Source: an uncultured Verrucomicrobiae bacterium
GTDB lineage: Bacteria; Verrucomicrobiota; Verrucomicrobiia; Limisphaerales; Palsa-1400
Direction of reading: 5' to 3'
Length of the DNA: 64,000 nt
Assembly: GCA_963764165.1 (NCBI GenBank)
Contig: CAVXRD010000001.1
Span: 1,408,001-1,472,000, forward strand
Numbering within the stretch: position 1 is the first letter of the stretch; each line of letters starts with the position of its first letter. The notes under the pieces were generated by a model. It had not been told where the DNA came from. It did no database searches and saw nothing but the letters and a program-made list of their open reading frames with translations. Positions 18,422 to 29,219 of the stretch are shown here, piece after piece. The translations under genes were made by a program, and so were the position numbers.

Positions 18422-21400
18422 TTGAGCAATCCATCTCTAACCAAGCAGCAACTGGAAGCCGCCGCCGCGCGGGGCAATGTCCTGGTGGTGGCGGGCGCGG
18501 GCGCGGGCAAAACCCGCACGCTGGTCGAGCGCTGCCTCGCCTGGCTGCTGGATGCCAACACTCCCGGCAGCGTCGATGAGCTTTTGATGGTGACGTTCAC
18601 GCAGGCCGCCGCCGCCGAAATGCGCAAGCGCCTGCGCGACGGCCTCGAACGCGCCCCCTCAAACGCCCCCCGGCTGGCCGAGCAACTGGCCTTGCTCGAC
18701 ACCGCCCGGATTTGCACGCTGCACAGCTTTTGTTTCGAGCTGGTCAGCCAGCATTTCTACGAACTTGGCCTGGACCCGCAGCTAACGGTCCTGTCAAATG
18801 AAGAGTCGCATTCGCTGGAACGGCGGGCGATGGATGGCGTGCTGGAGAAGATTTACGATTCCAAAGAGCCGGGCGACGCCGCAATCCAGAAGCTGATCCA
18901 AATCACCGGCGGCGATGGCGACAAACCGCTGCGCGATTTGATCATCAAATTGCACCATTACGGCCAAACCTTGCGCGACCCGGACGGCTGGTTCGCAAGT
19001 CAAAAGGCGATGTTCGAATCTCCGGAGCCGCGCGAGTGGAAATGGCGGCTCCTGGAGGCGCTTGAACATTGGCGCGAAACGTGGCTGCCAATCCTGGAAT
19101 CGCAACCATCCGAGAACACGAACGCCGCGAAATGCGCCATCGTTTTGAAAATGCTGAAAGCGCCCGTCACTCCGAAAGAATGGGCGGCGGCGATGGCGGA
19201 CATTAAATTGATTGACCAGGATTGGGCGCGCGCCCGGAAAAAGTGGCGCGATCCCATTGAGGACTTTTTCGAGGAATCGGAGTTTCTTGATTCGCTTTGC
19301 GCAACGCCGGAAGCGGCGGATCCATTGCTGGAAGATTGGAATTGGGCCCGCCCTTCCATGCTTGCGCTGCTCGACGTGGCGCGCCGATTTGCCGACGCGC
19401 ATTCGCAGGCAAAGCGGAATTTTGGCGGCATTGATTTTCACGATCTCGAACAATTCGCTCTCCGCCTTTTGTGGAATGGCAGCGTCCCGAGCGCCATCGC
19501 CATGCAGTGGCGCGCGAAATTGCGATTGATTTTCGTGGATGAATTCCAGGACATCAACGCCGCCCAGGAAGCTATCATCCTCGCGCTGGCACGCGAGGGC
19601 GCGGCGGCGAATCGGTTTCTTGTCGGCGACGTCAAGCAAAGCATCTACCGCTTCCGCCTGGCCGATCCGCGCATCTTTGTCAAATACAAGGCGGACTGGG
19701 AGCTGGCGGGCGCGGCGGGAAAGACGCTGCTGCTCTCGGAAAATTTCCGCAGCCACGAGGGGATTCTGAATTTCGTCAACGGCTTGTTCTCCATGATCAT
19801 GCGCAAGAATCTTGGCGGCGTCGAATATGACGAGGCGGCGAAATTGATTTTTGGCGACCGCGAAAGGCGGGCCGAGATGGCCAATTCCGATTCCGCTCCT
19901 CCGCCGGTCGAATTGCTGCTGCGGCGCAAGGGCGACGCCGCGGAAGATGAGGAAAATGCGTCCGACGCCGAGAAAGAGGCGCGCATGGTGGGCAGGCGGT
20001 TGCTGGAATTGCACCGCGATGCCACAAAGCCGGTGGCGTGGAGCGAGATGGTGATTTTGCTGCGCGCGCCGAAAAATAAAACCGCCCCTTACGCGAAGGA
20101 ATTCAATCGCCTCGGCATCCCCCTTGCCGCAGCCCGGGGCGGATTTTTCGACAGCCCCGAAGCGCGTGATTTCCTGGGCCTGCTGCAACTGCTGGATAAT
20201 CCGCTGCAAGACCTGCCGCTGCTGGGCGTGCTGCGCTCGCCCATCGTTGGCATAACGGATGGCGAATTGGCTGAGATTCGCATTTCCCATCCACGCGGGC
20301 GCTTTTGGGAAGCCCTGGTGGAATGGCATGGGAAAAATCAAACAGCGCCGCTCGGCGCGGTGGCGAAGGCCGGGCGCTTTCTGCAAAGATATCACGAGTG
20401 GCGCGCCATGGCCCGGCAGGAACCTGTTTCCCAGAGTCTGGAAACTCTACTTGACGCAACACACTACGCCGATTGGCTTGAAACTCAGACGCGCGGCGAG
20501 CAAGGACGGGCCAACCTGGAGCGACTTTTGCAGCTCGCCCGGCAGTTCGACACCAATCGCGGCGAAAGCCTTTCGCGATTCCTCGGTTTCATGGAAGCGC
20601 AGCAGGAAAGCGACGACGAGTCGGAGCCGGCTCCGACCACAGAAGACGCCGTCCGGCTGATGAGCATCCATCAAAGCAAGGGCCTCGAATTTCCCGTCGT
20701 GGTCGTGGCGGATTTGGGAAAGCGATTCAACTTTCGCGACCTTTCCGCCAAAATTATACTTGATGAAGAACTCGGCCTCTGTCCCCGCGTGCGTCCGCCC
20801 GATGCTTTCCAAACCTGGCCCAGCCTCCCGTATTGGGTGGCCCAGCGCCGGCAAAAGCGCGAATTGGTCGGAGAGGAATTGCGCCTGCTCTACGTTGCGA
20901 TGACGCGGGCGGAGAAGCGTTTGATTTTGGCGGGAACGGCATCGCAAAAGGCCATCGCGGAAAAATGGCCGAAGCGCGCGCGGGCAGGTCCTGACCTCGC
21001 GCACGTTCTGGCTGCCGCCGGCTTTCTGGATTGGATCGGAAGCTGGCCGCCCGGCGGGGCCGATTTCAGCGCCACGGGGAGGAACGCGTTTTTCCAATGG
21101 ACGGTTTGCGATGATGATCATCCGTGGCTCGCCCGCGCGGAAATTGTCGCGCCCGAAACCAACGCCCCCTCGAGCGAGTTCGAGCTAACTCCAGAAACAC
21201 GCGAGCGGCTTGATTGGCAATATGCGTTCACGCGCGAAACCCATATTCCCGCCAAGGCCAGCGTCTCCGCCTTGCGACGCGAGATGGCCCCGGATGCGCT
21301 TGAGGAGACGCGCGTATTTCGGTTTGACACGAGGCCGAAAGAAACAGCAGACGGATTCGGTGCGAGCGAAATCGGGCTGGCACATCATGCCTTTCTGGAA

Positions 21401-21970
21401 AAAATGTCCTTGGAACGCGCGGGCACGCTGGAGAGTTTGCAGCGCGAGCGCTCTCGGATGGAAGTGGAAAAAGCGCTCTCACCGCAGGAACTCGCCTCCC
21501 TGGATCTTGACGCGCTGGCCGCGTTTTGGAATTCGGATGTCGGAAGGCAAATTGTGGAGCATCGCGCCGAAGTGCGCCGCGAACTGGCTTTCACCGCCCG
21601 CTTTGGGGTGGATGAGCTTTCTGCATTGGGCGCGGCGGAATTTGGCGGGGCGGCGGCTGATGAATTTGTGATAGTGCAAGGCGTCATCGATCTTGCTGTT
21701 TTCCTGCCGAACGAAATCTGGCTGCTTGATTTCAAGACCGACCACTTCAATGCTGCAGAACGGGAGCGAAAAATCGATGCCTACCGTCCGCAAATCGAAC
21801 TTTACGCCGCCGCTGTCGCCCGCATTTATGGAAAGCCGGTTACGAATCGCTGGCTTCACTTCATTGCCAGCCGACACACGGCGGCTCTCGGGGTTGCCGC
21901 GCCTGCCCAAACGGACAACGCAGCGCAAATGGATTTACCGGGACTTGTCTCCGAACGGCCTGTCCGTTAA
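18422..21970 (+). CDS. addA: AddA/UvrD-type helicase with C-terminal PD-(D/E)XK nuclease
   Basis: AGAGAGKT, VDEFQD, GDVKQSIYRFR, SKGLEF, YVAMTRA, GVIDL/DFKT; TTG start at 18422 inferred. Confidence 0.88.
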   Translation: MSNPSLTKQQLEAAAARGNVLVVAGAGAGKTRTLVERCLAWLLDANTPGSVDELLMVTFTQAAAAEMRKRLRDGLERAPSNAPRLAEQLALLDTARICTLHSFCFELVSQHFYELGLDPQLTVLSNEESHSLERRAMDGVLEKIYDSKEPGDAAIQKLIQITGGDGDKPLRDLIIKLHHYGQTLRDPDGWFASQKAMFESPEPREWKWRLLEALEHWRETWLPILESQPSENTNAAKCAIVLKMLKAPVTPKEWAAAMADIKLIDQDWARARKKWRDPIEDFFEESEFLDSLCATPEAADPLLEDWNWARPSMLALLDVARRFADAHSQAKRNFGGIDFHDLEQFALRLLWNGSVPSAIAMQWRAKLRLIFVDEFQDINAAQEAIILALAREGAAANRFLVGDVKQSIYRFRLADPRIFVKYKADWELAGAAGKTLLLSENFRSHEGILNFVNGLFSMIMRKNLGGVEYDEAAKLIFGDRERRAEMANSDSAPPPVELLLRRKGDAAEDEENASDAEKEARMVGRRLLELHRDATKPVAWSEMVILLRAPKNKTAPYAKEFNRLGIPLAAARGGFFDSPEARDFLGLLQLLDNPLQDLPLLGVLRSPIVGITDGELAEIRISHPRGRFWEALVEWHGKNQTAPLGAVAKAGRFLQRYHEWRAMARQEPVSQSLETLLDATHYADWLETQTRGEQGRANLERLLQLARQFDTNRGESLSRFLGFMEAQQESDDESEPAPTTEDAVRLMSIHQSKGLEFPVVVVADLGKRFNFRDLSAKIILDEELGLCPRVRPPDAFQTWPSLPYWVAQRRQKRELVGEELRLLYVAMTRAEKRLILAGTASQKAIAEKWPKRARAGPDLAHVLAAAGFLDWIGSWPPGGADFSATGRNAFFQWTVCDDDHPWLARAEIVAPETNAPSSEFELTPETRERLDWQYAFTRETHIPAKASVSALRREMAPDALEETRVFRFDTRPKETADGFGASEIGLAHHAFLEKMSLERAGTLESLQRERSRMEVEKALSPQELASLDLDALAAFWNSDVGRQIVEHRAEVRRELAFTARFGVDELSALGAAEFGGAAADEFVIVQGVIDLAVFLPNEIWLLDFKTDHFNAAERERKIDAYRPQIELYAAAVARIYGKPVTNRWLHFIASRHTAALGVAAPAQTDNAAQMDLPGLVSERPVR

Positions 21971-22013
21971 CGTCCGATTTCGGCGCGGCCTCGCGTTGCG
22001 CCCCAACGATTTT

Positions 22014-23258
22014 ATGTCTGACTCATATTTGCAAAATTTGTTTGCCGCGCGCATTGGCGGCAAGGAATACGGGAAATCGACCGCGATTTATAAGTTCGAG
22101 AAAATCAAGCGGGCCAAACGCGCGGCGCTGGCCGCCCATCCCGGCGCGGAAATCATCGACCTTGGCGTCGGCGAGCCGGATGAAATGGCGTTTCCCGAGG
22201 TGGTGGCGCAATTGAACGCCGCCGCTTCCAAGCCGGAAAATCGCGGCTATGCGGACAACGGCGACGACGTTCTTAAGCAAGCCGCCGCGCGCTACCTCGA
22301 CAAGGTTTGCGGCGTGCCGGGCATCCATCCGGACACGGAGGTGCTCCATTCTATCGGCAGCAAAGCGGCGCTGACGATTCTGCCGGCAGCCTTCATTGAT
22401 CCGGGCGATTACGTTTTGATGACAACACCGGGCTATCCTGTTTTCGGAACGCACTCGAAATATTACGGCGGATTGGTGCATCAACTGGCGCTGCTCGAAT
22501 CGAACTGCTTTCTACCCGATCTCAGCTCCATCCCCGCCGAGGTTTTGAAGAAAAGCAAAGTGCTGGTGATCAATTATCCGAACAACCCGACGGGCGCTTC
22601 GGCCACCAAGGAATTCTTCGCGCAGGTGGTCGAGTTCGCTGTCAAGAATCAGATTCTCGTCATCCACGACGCCGCTTACGCCGCGCTGGTTTTCGAGGGC
22701 AAGCCGCTCAGTTTTCTGGCCACGCCGGGAGCGAAGGAGGTCGGCATCGAACTGCATTCGACCAGCAAGAGCTTCAACATGACCGGCTGGCGCTGCGGAT
22801 TCGTGGCGGGCAATGAACGGCTGGTGCGCGCTTACGGCGATATCAAGGACAACTCCGATTCCGGCCAATTTCTCGCCATCCAGCACGCGGCGGCATACTG
22901 CTTCGATCACCCGGAAATCACGGAGAAAATTGCTGCGAAATATTCGCGCCGCATGGATGGCCTGGTGCAAACGCTGCGCAAAGCGGGGTTTGCCGCGACG
23001 AAGCCCAAGGGATCGTTTTTCCTCTACGTCAAATCGCCCAAAGCCGCCACGGAAAAAGGCGCGCGGCGCGAATTCAAAAATGCCGAGGATGTTTCACAGT
23101 GGCTGATCACCGAAAAGCTGATTTCAACGGTGCCCTGGGACGACGCAGGCGCGTATCTGCGTTTCAGCGTCACGTTTATTGCGAAGGATCCGGCGGACGA
23201 AAAACGGGTGCTGGCCGAAATTGGCGCGCGCCTGGACGGCGTCACTTTTGAGTTTTAG
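22014..23258 (+). CDS. dapL: LL-diaminopimelate aminotransferase
   Basis: NYPNNPTG, DAAY, SKSFNMTGWR; class I PLP aminotransferase. Confidence 0.82.
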   Translation: MSDSYLQNLFAARIGGKEYGKSTAIYKFEKIKRAKRAALAAHPGAEIIDLGVGEPDEMAFPEVVAQLNAAASKPENRGYADNGDDVLKQAAARYLDKVCGVPGIHPDTEVLHSIGSKAALTILPAAFIDPGDYVLMTTPGYPVFGTHSKYYGGLVHQLALLESNCFLPDLSSIPAEVLKKSKVLVINYPNNPTGASATKEFFAQVVEFAVKNQILVIHDAAYAALVFEGKPLSFLATPGAKEVGIELHSTSKSFNMTGWRCGFVAGNERLVRAYGDIKDNSDSGQFLAIQHAAAYCFDHPEITEKIAAKYSRRMDGLVQTLRKAGFAATKPKGSFFLYVKSPKAATEKGARREFKNAEDVSQWLITEKLISTVPWDDAGAYLRFSVTFIAKDPADEKRVLAEIGARLDGVTFEF

Positions 23259-24574
23259 AGAAATCGCGAAAATATTCCTGACGGAATTGCTGCTCGGCCG
23301 CGAGGCGCGTTAAGCAGGCATCCCAATCCAGCGACGGTCGCGAAGCAGGGACTTTAATCGGCGTCCGTTTGCCTTTGTGCCCGGCGGCGAGGCGGCGGAA
23401 TGTTTTGCCCCAGAGTTTTGGCTGGCCGTCGGCTGTCAATAATCCGATCAACTCGCTGCAATCTTTTGCGTCGGGATCATCGAATAATCCCCAGTTGAGC
23501 CAGCCGCAGGCAAACGGCGCGGAAATTTCGACGGCGCGGCGGTCGGTACTCCTCCTGTTGTTCTTGTGTGGCGGGTGGAAATTGGCCGTCGTTGAAATGG
23601 GCCACGCCGCCGCCGTACCAGCCGAATTCGCCCAGCACCACGGGTTTTCCGGCGAGCGACGTTTCACGCACGACGCATTCGAGATAGGCCAGATTTCGCC
23701 GCAAAGATTCCTCGGAGCGGTATTTGTAACCGCCATCCTCCAATGGGTAAAAATGGACGGTCAGGAAATCGAGAAACTTCGCCTGCCGATGCGGGCGGAA
23801 TCCCGAGTATTGGCTCAAGGCGGGGAGCAGCGAAGGAATCGACCATTGAATCATACCGACCGTGACCAATGCAGCAGGATCAGCAGATTTGATGGCGGCC
23901 ACTTGCTGGCGGGTCCAATCGTCGGCGATTTGTTCGCGGCGGAGTTGGAATTTCAGAAGCGCCGCGGCGTCCGCTTTTTCCGAAACGGCATCCTTCAGCT
24001 CATTCCATCCAACGCTTGGTTCGTTGCGAAGATCGTAGGCAAAAATCACCGTCCGCCCCGCATAACGCGCCGCGAATTGCCTCCAAAACGCCTCCAGCGC
24101 CACGAGCGTTTGCTCGTCCTCCAATCCGCCCAAGGGCCAATGCGGCGCGCCTTCCCACATATCCGGCCCGGTGGGATGCACGTAGATTCCGGCGGCTTCC
24201 GCGATGGACAGGAATTGATCAAATTTCTCGAGACCGGCGGGATCCAATTTACCTGCCTCGCTGTAAAAGGAGCCGTAGCTGAGAAAAACGCGGACGCAAT
24301 TCACGCCCAGCTTTTTCATGCGCTTGAAATCGTCACGGGTGGCCGCAGGGTCGAATTGTTTCCAAACTTGCGGCGCCCAGCCGGTGTGCGGGCGATAATA
24401 TGTTACGCCGAAGGGAACGAACGGTTTGCCGCGCGCATCAACAAAGCCGTGTCCATCGGAAGCCACGCGAATTTTAGGCAACGCGGCAGCGGCACGAAGA
24501 GAAAACGCGCTGGCCATCCAAAGAAAGGCCAGCGCGTAAATCCGAAAATCCGATCTTGTTACGCGAAGAAACAA
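23242..24574 (-). pseudogene. GH5-like glycoside hydrolase split by 1-bp frameshift
   Basis: YDLRNEP and VLGEFGW in the 23477-24574 frame; GWLNWG and C-terminus in the 23242-23736 frame; junction near 23545. Confidence 0.75.
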
Positions 24575-25137
24575 AGCGAAGACGCTGCGATAGCCAGGCC
24601 GGTAATCCGCACCGCGACCGGCTGCTTTTTCGTGCCGAGGCCGATAGCCACGCCCGCGGCGTGCAGGGCGACCGTCGAAATCAGGAAACCGGCGCTGAAG
24701 GGAATCGCGCTCGCGGCGGCAGGCATTTCGTGGCCGTGGGCGTATCCGTGGAAAAGCGCAAGGAAGCCAACGATCATCATGCCAACGCTTGGCTTGAATT
24801 GTTTTGCGCTGGCGACCAAACCGCCCAACACGAGAAGCGAGGCTGCGATCACCAATTCAACTCCCGGCATGTAGGCGCCCGAGACTCCGAGGAATCCGCC
24901 CAGCAGCATCATGCCGACGAAGCTGGCCGGAATCATCCAAACCGCGCGGCCTCGATAGCTGGCGGCCCACAGACCGACGGCGAGCATGGCAAGCATGTGA
25001 TCCATGCCAGTGAGCGGATGGAGCAGCCCTTCGGAAAATCCGTGGCTCGTTCCAGGGAGGATGTGGGCGGAAGCAAGATTCGGCAGCAGGAGCAATGCGC
25101 TCAAGACCAGCAGGGATTTCGACAAATTCTTTTTCAT
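24559..25137 (-). CDS. HupE/UreJ-family Ni/Co transporter
   Basis: HPLTGMDH and FHGYAHGHE motifs, signal peptide. Confidence 0.93.
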   Translation of the reverse strand: MKKNLSKSLLVLSALLLLPNLASAHILPGTSHGFSEGLLHPLTGMDHMLAMLAVGLWAASYRGRAVWMIPASFVGMMLLGGFLGVSGAYMPGVELVIAASLLVLGGLVASAKQFKPSVGMMIVGFLALFHGYAHGHEMPAAASAIPFSAGFLISTVALHAAGVAIGLGTKKQPVAVRITGLAIAASSLCFFA

Positions 25138-25153
25138 AAAATAATCTCCCGGA

Positions 25154-25203
25154 TCAAAACGATTATGAATGCGAAACTACCACAGCCTGAGTCAGTGCGT
25201 CAA
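25154..25203 (-). promoter_or_regulatory. Putative hupE promoter and operator
   Basis: Minus strand TTGACG-18-TAGTTT with TG extension; imperfect palindrome TCATAATCGTTTTGA downstream. Confidence 0.45.
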
Positions 25204-25240
25204 CCCAGATTCAAGACCCGGATTCAGAAACCGCAGAGTG

Positions 25241-25376
25241 GCCACAGATTTACACAGATCAACACAGATTAAACAAAAACAGAAAACCTGGTTGCGGAAG
25301 CTTGACTTGATGAGTTCAGCGGGTTGGGGCCTGTTCATCGAAGCTCTTCTCAGAAAATCTGTGTTCAATCTGTGGC
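25241..25376. repeat. ACACAGAT-type inverted repeat element
   Basis: GCCACAGATT-TACACAGATC-AACACAGATT ... AATCTGTGTT-CAATCTGTGGC. Confidence 0.65.
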
Positions 25377-25391
25377 TGAAATCGTTTGGCC

Positions 25392-26390
25392 TTACGCGGC
25401 GGCGCGTTTCATGCGGCTTTGGCGGAAATTGTCCAGTCCCACGGCAATGATAATGACGATGCCAATGATGATTTCCTGGGTGAAATTCTGCCAGCCCATT
25501 TGGTTGCAGCCGTTGCGCAGCACCGCCATGATGATCGCGCCAATGAGCGACCCAAGAATGCTTCCCGTCCCGCCGCTCAAGCTCGCGCCGCCAATAACCA
25601 CGGCCGCAATTACATCAAGTTCCAGGCCAATCGCCACCGTTGGATCACCCAGCGTAAGCCGCGATTCCTGCATCAAGCCGGCGAGGCCGAACATCAATCC
25701 GGCCAGCGCGTAAATGAACACTTTGACGAGGCGCACGCGAATGCCGCACAAACGCGCCGTCGCTTCGTTCGATCCGATGGCGTAAATGTAGCGGCCAAAA
25801 ACCGTCTGCCGCATCAGGACCGAAACGGCGATGGCCAGCGCAATCGCAATCCATACGCCCGGCGGCAGCGGAAACAGGTCGTTCGGCGAAAGACGCGACA
25901 TCAAATGGTTGAGTGGCACGTTGGGTGGATTGTTGACAGTCTGGTTGCCCGAGAGCCATTTTCCCGTGCCGCGCACGACGCCCATCATCCCCAGCGTCAC
26001 GATAAACGGCGTCATGCGCAATCCGGCGATGACAAGGCCGTTGACGAGGCCAACCAACCCGCCCGCCAGCACCGTCAGCGCGATCACAGATGCAGTGGAA
26101 TAGCCTTTGACCAGGAGCGTGGCGCCGCAGACGCTGGTCAGCGCAACGACGGAGCCGACGCTCAAATCAATGCCGCCGCTGACGATAATCATGGTCATTC
26201 CCAGAGCGCCGATGGCGACGATGACGGTTTGGATCAGGATGAGTTTGAAATTTCCACCGGTAAATAAATAGGGGCGGACATCGGGGCTGAGCGAAAACAG
26301 CCCGAGCACCAGCAGCAGTCCGAAGAATGGCCCGACAACATTGAGCGCGTGGGAAAACTTGAAGGCCTTGGCGCGGTCAGCATTGTTCAT
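25392..26390 (-). CDS. Sugar ABC transporter permease (RbsC-like)
   Basis: GGIDLSVGS, PFIVTLG, YAIGSNE, ELDVIAAVVIGGASLSGG. Confidence 0.93.
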   Translation of the reverse strand: MNNADRAKAFKFSHALNVVGPFFGLLLVLGLFSLSPDVRPYLFTGGNFKLILIQTVIVAIGALGMTMIIVSGGIDLSVGSVVALTSVCGATLLVKGYSTASVIALTVLAGGLVGLVNGLVIAGLRMTPFIVTLGMMGVVRGTGKWLSGNQTVNNPPNVPLNHLMSRLSPNDLFPLPPGVWIAIALAIAVSVLMRQTVFGRYIYAIGSNEATARLCGIRVRLVKVFIYALAGLMFGLAGLMQESRLTLGDPTVAIGLELDVIAAVVIGGASLSGGTGSILGSLIGAIIMAVLRNGCNQMGWQNFTQEIIIGIVIIIAVGLDNFRQSRMKRAAA

Positions 26391-26449
26391 TGATGCCTTA
26401 CGCTGAATAACTCCCGCATCAAAGGCCAGCCAAAAAAATTCTTTAGATA

Positions 26450-26480
26450 GGTGGGGACGCCTTGCCGAGGCGTCCCTGCC
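26450..26480. repeat. REP-like family A
   Basis: GGTGGGGACGCCTTGCCGAGGCGTCCCTGCC palindrome. Confidence 0.75.
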
Positions 26481-28001
26481 TCAAGCTGCCGCCGCTTCGC
26501 CTTGTCCAATGGCGGCGGCGATGATGGCGTGCTCAGTCCATTGGCTGACCGGGCGGACTTCGGACAAAACACCCCGGCACATCACGCCGATGCTGTCGCA
26601 TACGCCAAGCAATTCCGGCAGATAGGAGCTCACGAAAATGATCGCCTTTCCCTCCGCCGCGAGCTGGCCGGCCAATTGGTAAATTTGCGCCTTGCTGCCA
26701 ACGTCGATGCCGCGCGTCGGCTCGTCAAGTAGAAGAACCGAAGCCTCGTGGTGGAGCAGGCGGCCGATGGCGATTTTCTGCTGGTTGCCGCCGGACAATT
26801 CGCAAATCGCCTGCCCGGGACCCTGCGCCTTCACTTGCAGGCGGGACATCCATACTCGGGTGGTTTGCATCTGGCGGGAGTGGCTGACGAATCCGCCGCT
26901 GGCCACGGGGCCGAATCGAGTGAGCGTGAGATTGTCTGCAAGACTGCGATTGAGCATCAGCCCTTCCTCCTTGCGATTCTCGCTCAACAGCCCAATGCCG
27001 CCGGCCAGGCGCCGCGTGGGCGAAGCATGCGTTTCGTCCTTCCCGCGGACGATGACCGCGCCGCCTTCGGCGCGATCCAATCCAAAGCAGGTTCGCAGCG
27101 TCTCAGTTCGCCCCGCGCCAATCAGGCCCGCCAAGCCGAGAATCTCGCCGGCGCGGAGTGTGAGGCTGACAGATCGAGGCTTGGGCCGGCCCGCGAGTTG
27201 GCGCAGTTCAAGGACGGGCGCGCCGAGGGTGTGGAACGTGCGCGGGTAAATATCGCTCATTTCGCGCCCGACCATCGCGTGGATGATTTGCGGAAGCGAG
27301 GCCGCGGCCATCTTGCCGGTCGCGACGCTTTCGCCGTCACGCAGAACGGTGTAGCGGCTGGCGATGCGCCGGCATTCCTCCAAAAAGTGGCTGATGTAAA
27401 TGACGCTTACGCCGCGATCACGAAGCCGCTCGATCACCGCGAAAAGATTCTCCGTGTCGACCCGCGTCAAGCTGCTGGTCGGCTCGTCCATGATCAGCAG
27501 CTTGGGCTGGCCAACGAGCGCGCGGGCGATTTCGACAATCTGCTGCTCGGCAATCGTGCGGCTGCTCACCGGAACGTCCAGTGGAATAGTGTGGTGGCGA
27601 AGTTCAGCGAGGGCCTGCCGCGCGATTTCCCGGCGGCGCGAGCGGTTAAGCCAGCCGAATCGATTCGGCTCGTCGCCGAGCAGGATGTTTTCCTCCACGC
27701 TCAAATGCGGCGCGAGGGTCAGCTCCTGGTAAATCATCGCGATGCCGCTTCGCCGAGCGTGAAGGGGGCCGCGCGGGACGAATGTTTCGCCGTCCAATTC
27801 CACCGTGCCGGCATCCGGGCGATGCGCGCCGCTGAGGATTTTCATCAGCGTGCTTTTGCCCGCGCCGTTCTCGCCTATCAACGCGTGGACCTCGCCCGGC
27901 TCGACGGTGAAAGAGACATTTTTCAACGCCCACGTCGCGCCAAAACTTTTCTGCACGGCGGTCATTCGCAGACGCGGAATGTTTTGGCGGGCCGCGCTCA
28001 T
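26481..28001 (-). CDS. Sugar ABC transporter ATPase (RbsA-like)
   Basis: GENGAGKST, DEPT, LSGGNQQK, DEPTRGID. Confidence 0.93.
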   Translation of the reverse strand: MSAARQNIPRLRMTAVQKSFGATWALKNVSFTVEPGEVHALIGENGAGKSTLMKILSGAHRPDAGTVELDGETFVPRGPLHARRSGIAMIYQELTLAPHLSVEENILLGDEPNRFGWLNRSRRREIARQALAELRHHTIPLDVPVSSRTIAEQQIVEIARALVGQPKLLIMDEPTSSLTRVDTENLFAVIERLRDRGVSVIYISHFLEECRRIASRYTVLRDGESVATGKMAAASLPQIIHAMVGREMSDIYPRTFHTLGAPVLELRQLAGRPKPRSVSLTLRAGEILGLAGLIGAGRTETLRTCFGLDRAEGGAVIVRGKDETHASPTRRLAGGIGLLSENRKEEGLMLNRSLADNLTLTRFGPVASGGFVSHSRQMQTTRVWMSRLQVKAQGPGQAICELSGGNQQKIAIGRLLHHEASVLLLDEPTRGIDVGSKAQIYQLAGQLAAEGKAIIFVSSYLPELLGVCDSIGVMCRGVLSEVRPVSQWTEHAIIAAAIGQGEAAAA

Positions 28002-28010
28002 GCAGACATC

Positions 28011-29141
28011 TCAGAGCTCGAGCACTTTCTCGAATTTTGTGAGGTTGGTGGCGCCTTGGGGAGTGACGGTTGCGACATCCTCCAGGCGCACGCCGCCCAA
28101 GCCGGGATAATACAGCCCAGGCTCCACCGTCACGACGTGGCCGCTGGCCAGAACGTCGCTCGACGTCATGCCGATGCGCGGGGCTTCGTGAATTTCCATG
28201 CCGACGCCATGCCCGGTGCCGTGGAAAAACCCCTGCATGCGGCCGCGCTTGGTAACAGTCTTGAATCCTTCGCCGTCAAAATACATTTGCACCGCCGTGT
28301 GGACGTCCGCCGCCTTCGTCGCTGGTTTAAGTTGGGAGAAGGCGATTTCCTGCGCGCGTTCGACGGCCGCGTACACTTTCCGCACCGAGTCGCTGGCCCG
28401 CCCGCGCACGACCGTCCTCGTGATGTCGCCGAAATAGCCGGTCTTTTGCGAACGCGGGAAAACATCGAGGACGATGGGCTCATTTGCGCGCAGCGGCCCA
28501 TGCCCAGGCTCATGCGGGTCGCAGGCTTGCTTTCCGCCGGCGACGATGGTGTGGGCGGCCAGGCCGCCCGCCTGCAATATGGCGGTGTCAATCACGCTTC
28601 TGAGCTTCTCGGAAGTCAGCGGCGCGCCGTGATAGGTTAATTTGCCATCGCGCCCGATCTTGGAAGATTTCAAAGCCTGCATGCCCTCGGCCAAACCCAC
28701 TTCGGCCATCATGAGCGCGGCGCTGATTTTCTTGATTTCATCGGCCCGCTTGAATTCGCGCTGGGGGAAAACGCCTTCCTTTTGCACGCGCACTTTGATG
28801 CGGAATTTGCGCAATTCCTTCGCGAGGCCGTGGGGAAAATTGGCGGGAACGTAAATTTTTCCAAGTTTGCGCTCTTTCAAAAAGTCCCCCACGACGGCGG
28901 CGAGGCCGGGGCGCTTGATTTTGCGCCGCAATTTTTCCACGCATTGAGTATACGAAAAAATCCGGCAGTGCTTGGCGTGCCTGCGGACGCGATTAAGCTC
29001 CAAATCGCTGACAAGAATGTGGCACTGGCCGTCAATGCGAATATAGATGAACGGGTCAGGCACGAACAGGCCAACCGCGTAGAGCATGTTGGCGTCGCGT
29101 TCGCTGTCTGCGACCATCAAAAGATTTTCAGAATCGCTCAT
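28011..29141 (-). CDS. Xaa-Pro peptidase (M24)
   Basis: GDITRT, HGTGHGVG, TVEPG, GVRLED. Confidence 0.9.
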   Translation of the reverse strand: MSDSENLLMVADSERDANMLYAVGLFVPDPFIYIRIDGQCHILVSDLELNRVRRHAKHCRIFSYTQCVEKLRRKIKRPGLAAVVGDFLKERKLGKIYVPANFPHGLAKELRKFRIKVRVQKEGVFPQREFKRADEIKKISAALMMAEVGLAEGMQALKSSKIGRDGKLTYHGAPLTSEKLRSVIDTAILQAGGLAAHTIVAGGKQACDPHEPGHGPLRANEPIVLDVFPRSQKTGYFGDITRTVVRGRASDSVRKVYAAVERAQEIAFSQLKPATKAADVHTAVQMYFDGEGFKTVTKRGRMQGFFHGTGHGVGMEIHEAPRIGMTSSDVLASGHVVTVEPGLYYPGLGGVRLEDVATVTPQGATNLTKFEKVLEL

Positions 29142-29219
29142 GGTTTTTGGCGACGAATGCCGCATCTGGGGGTGAGCATGCAGCCCGTTAAATAAATCAT
29201 TTCTTAGACTCCTCCAGAA

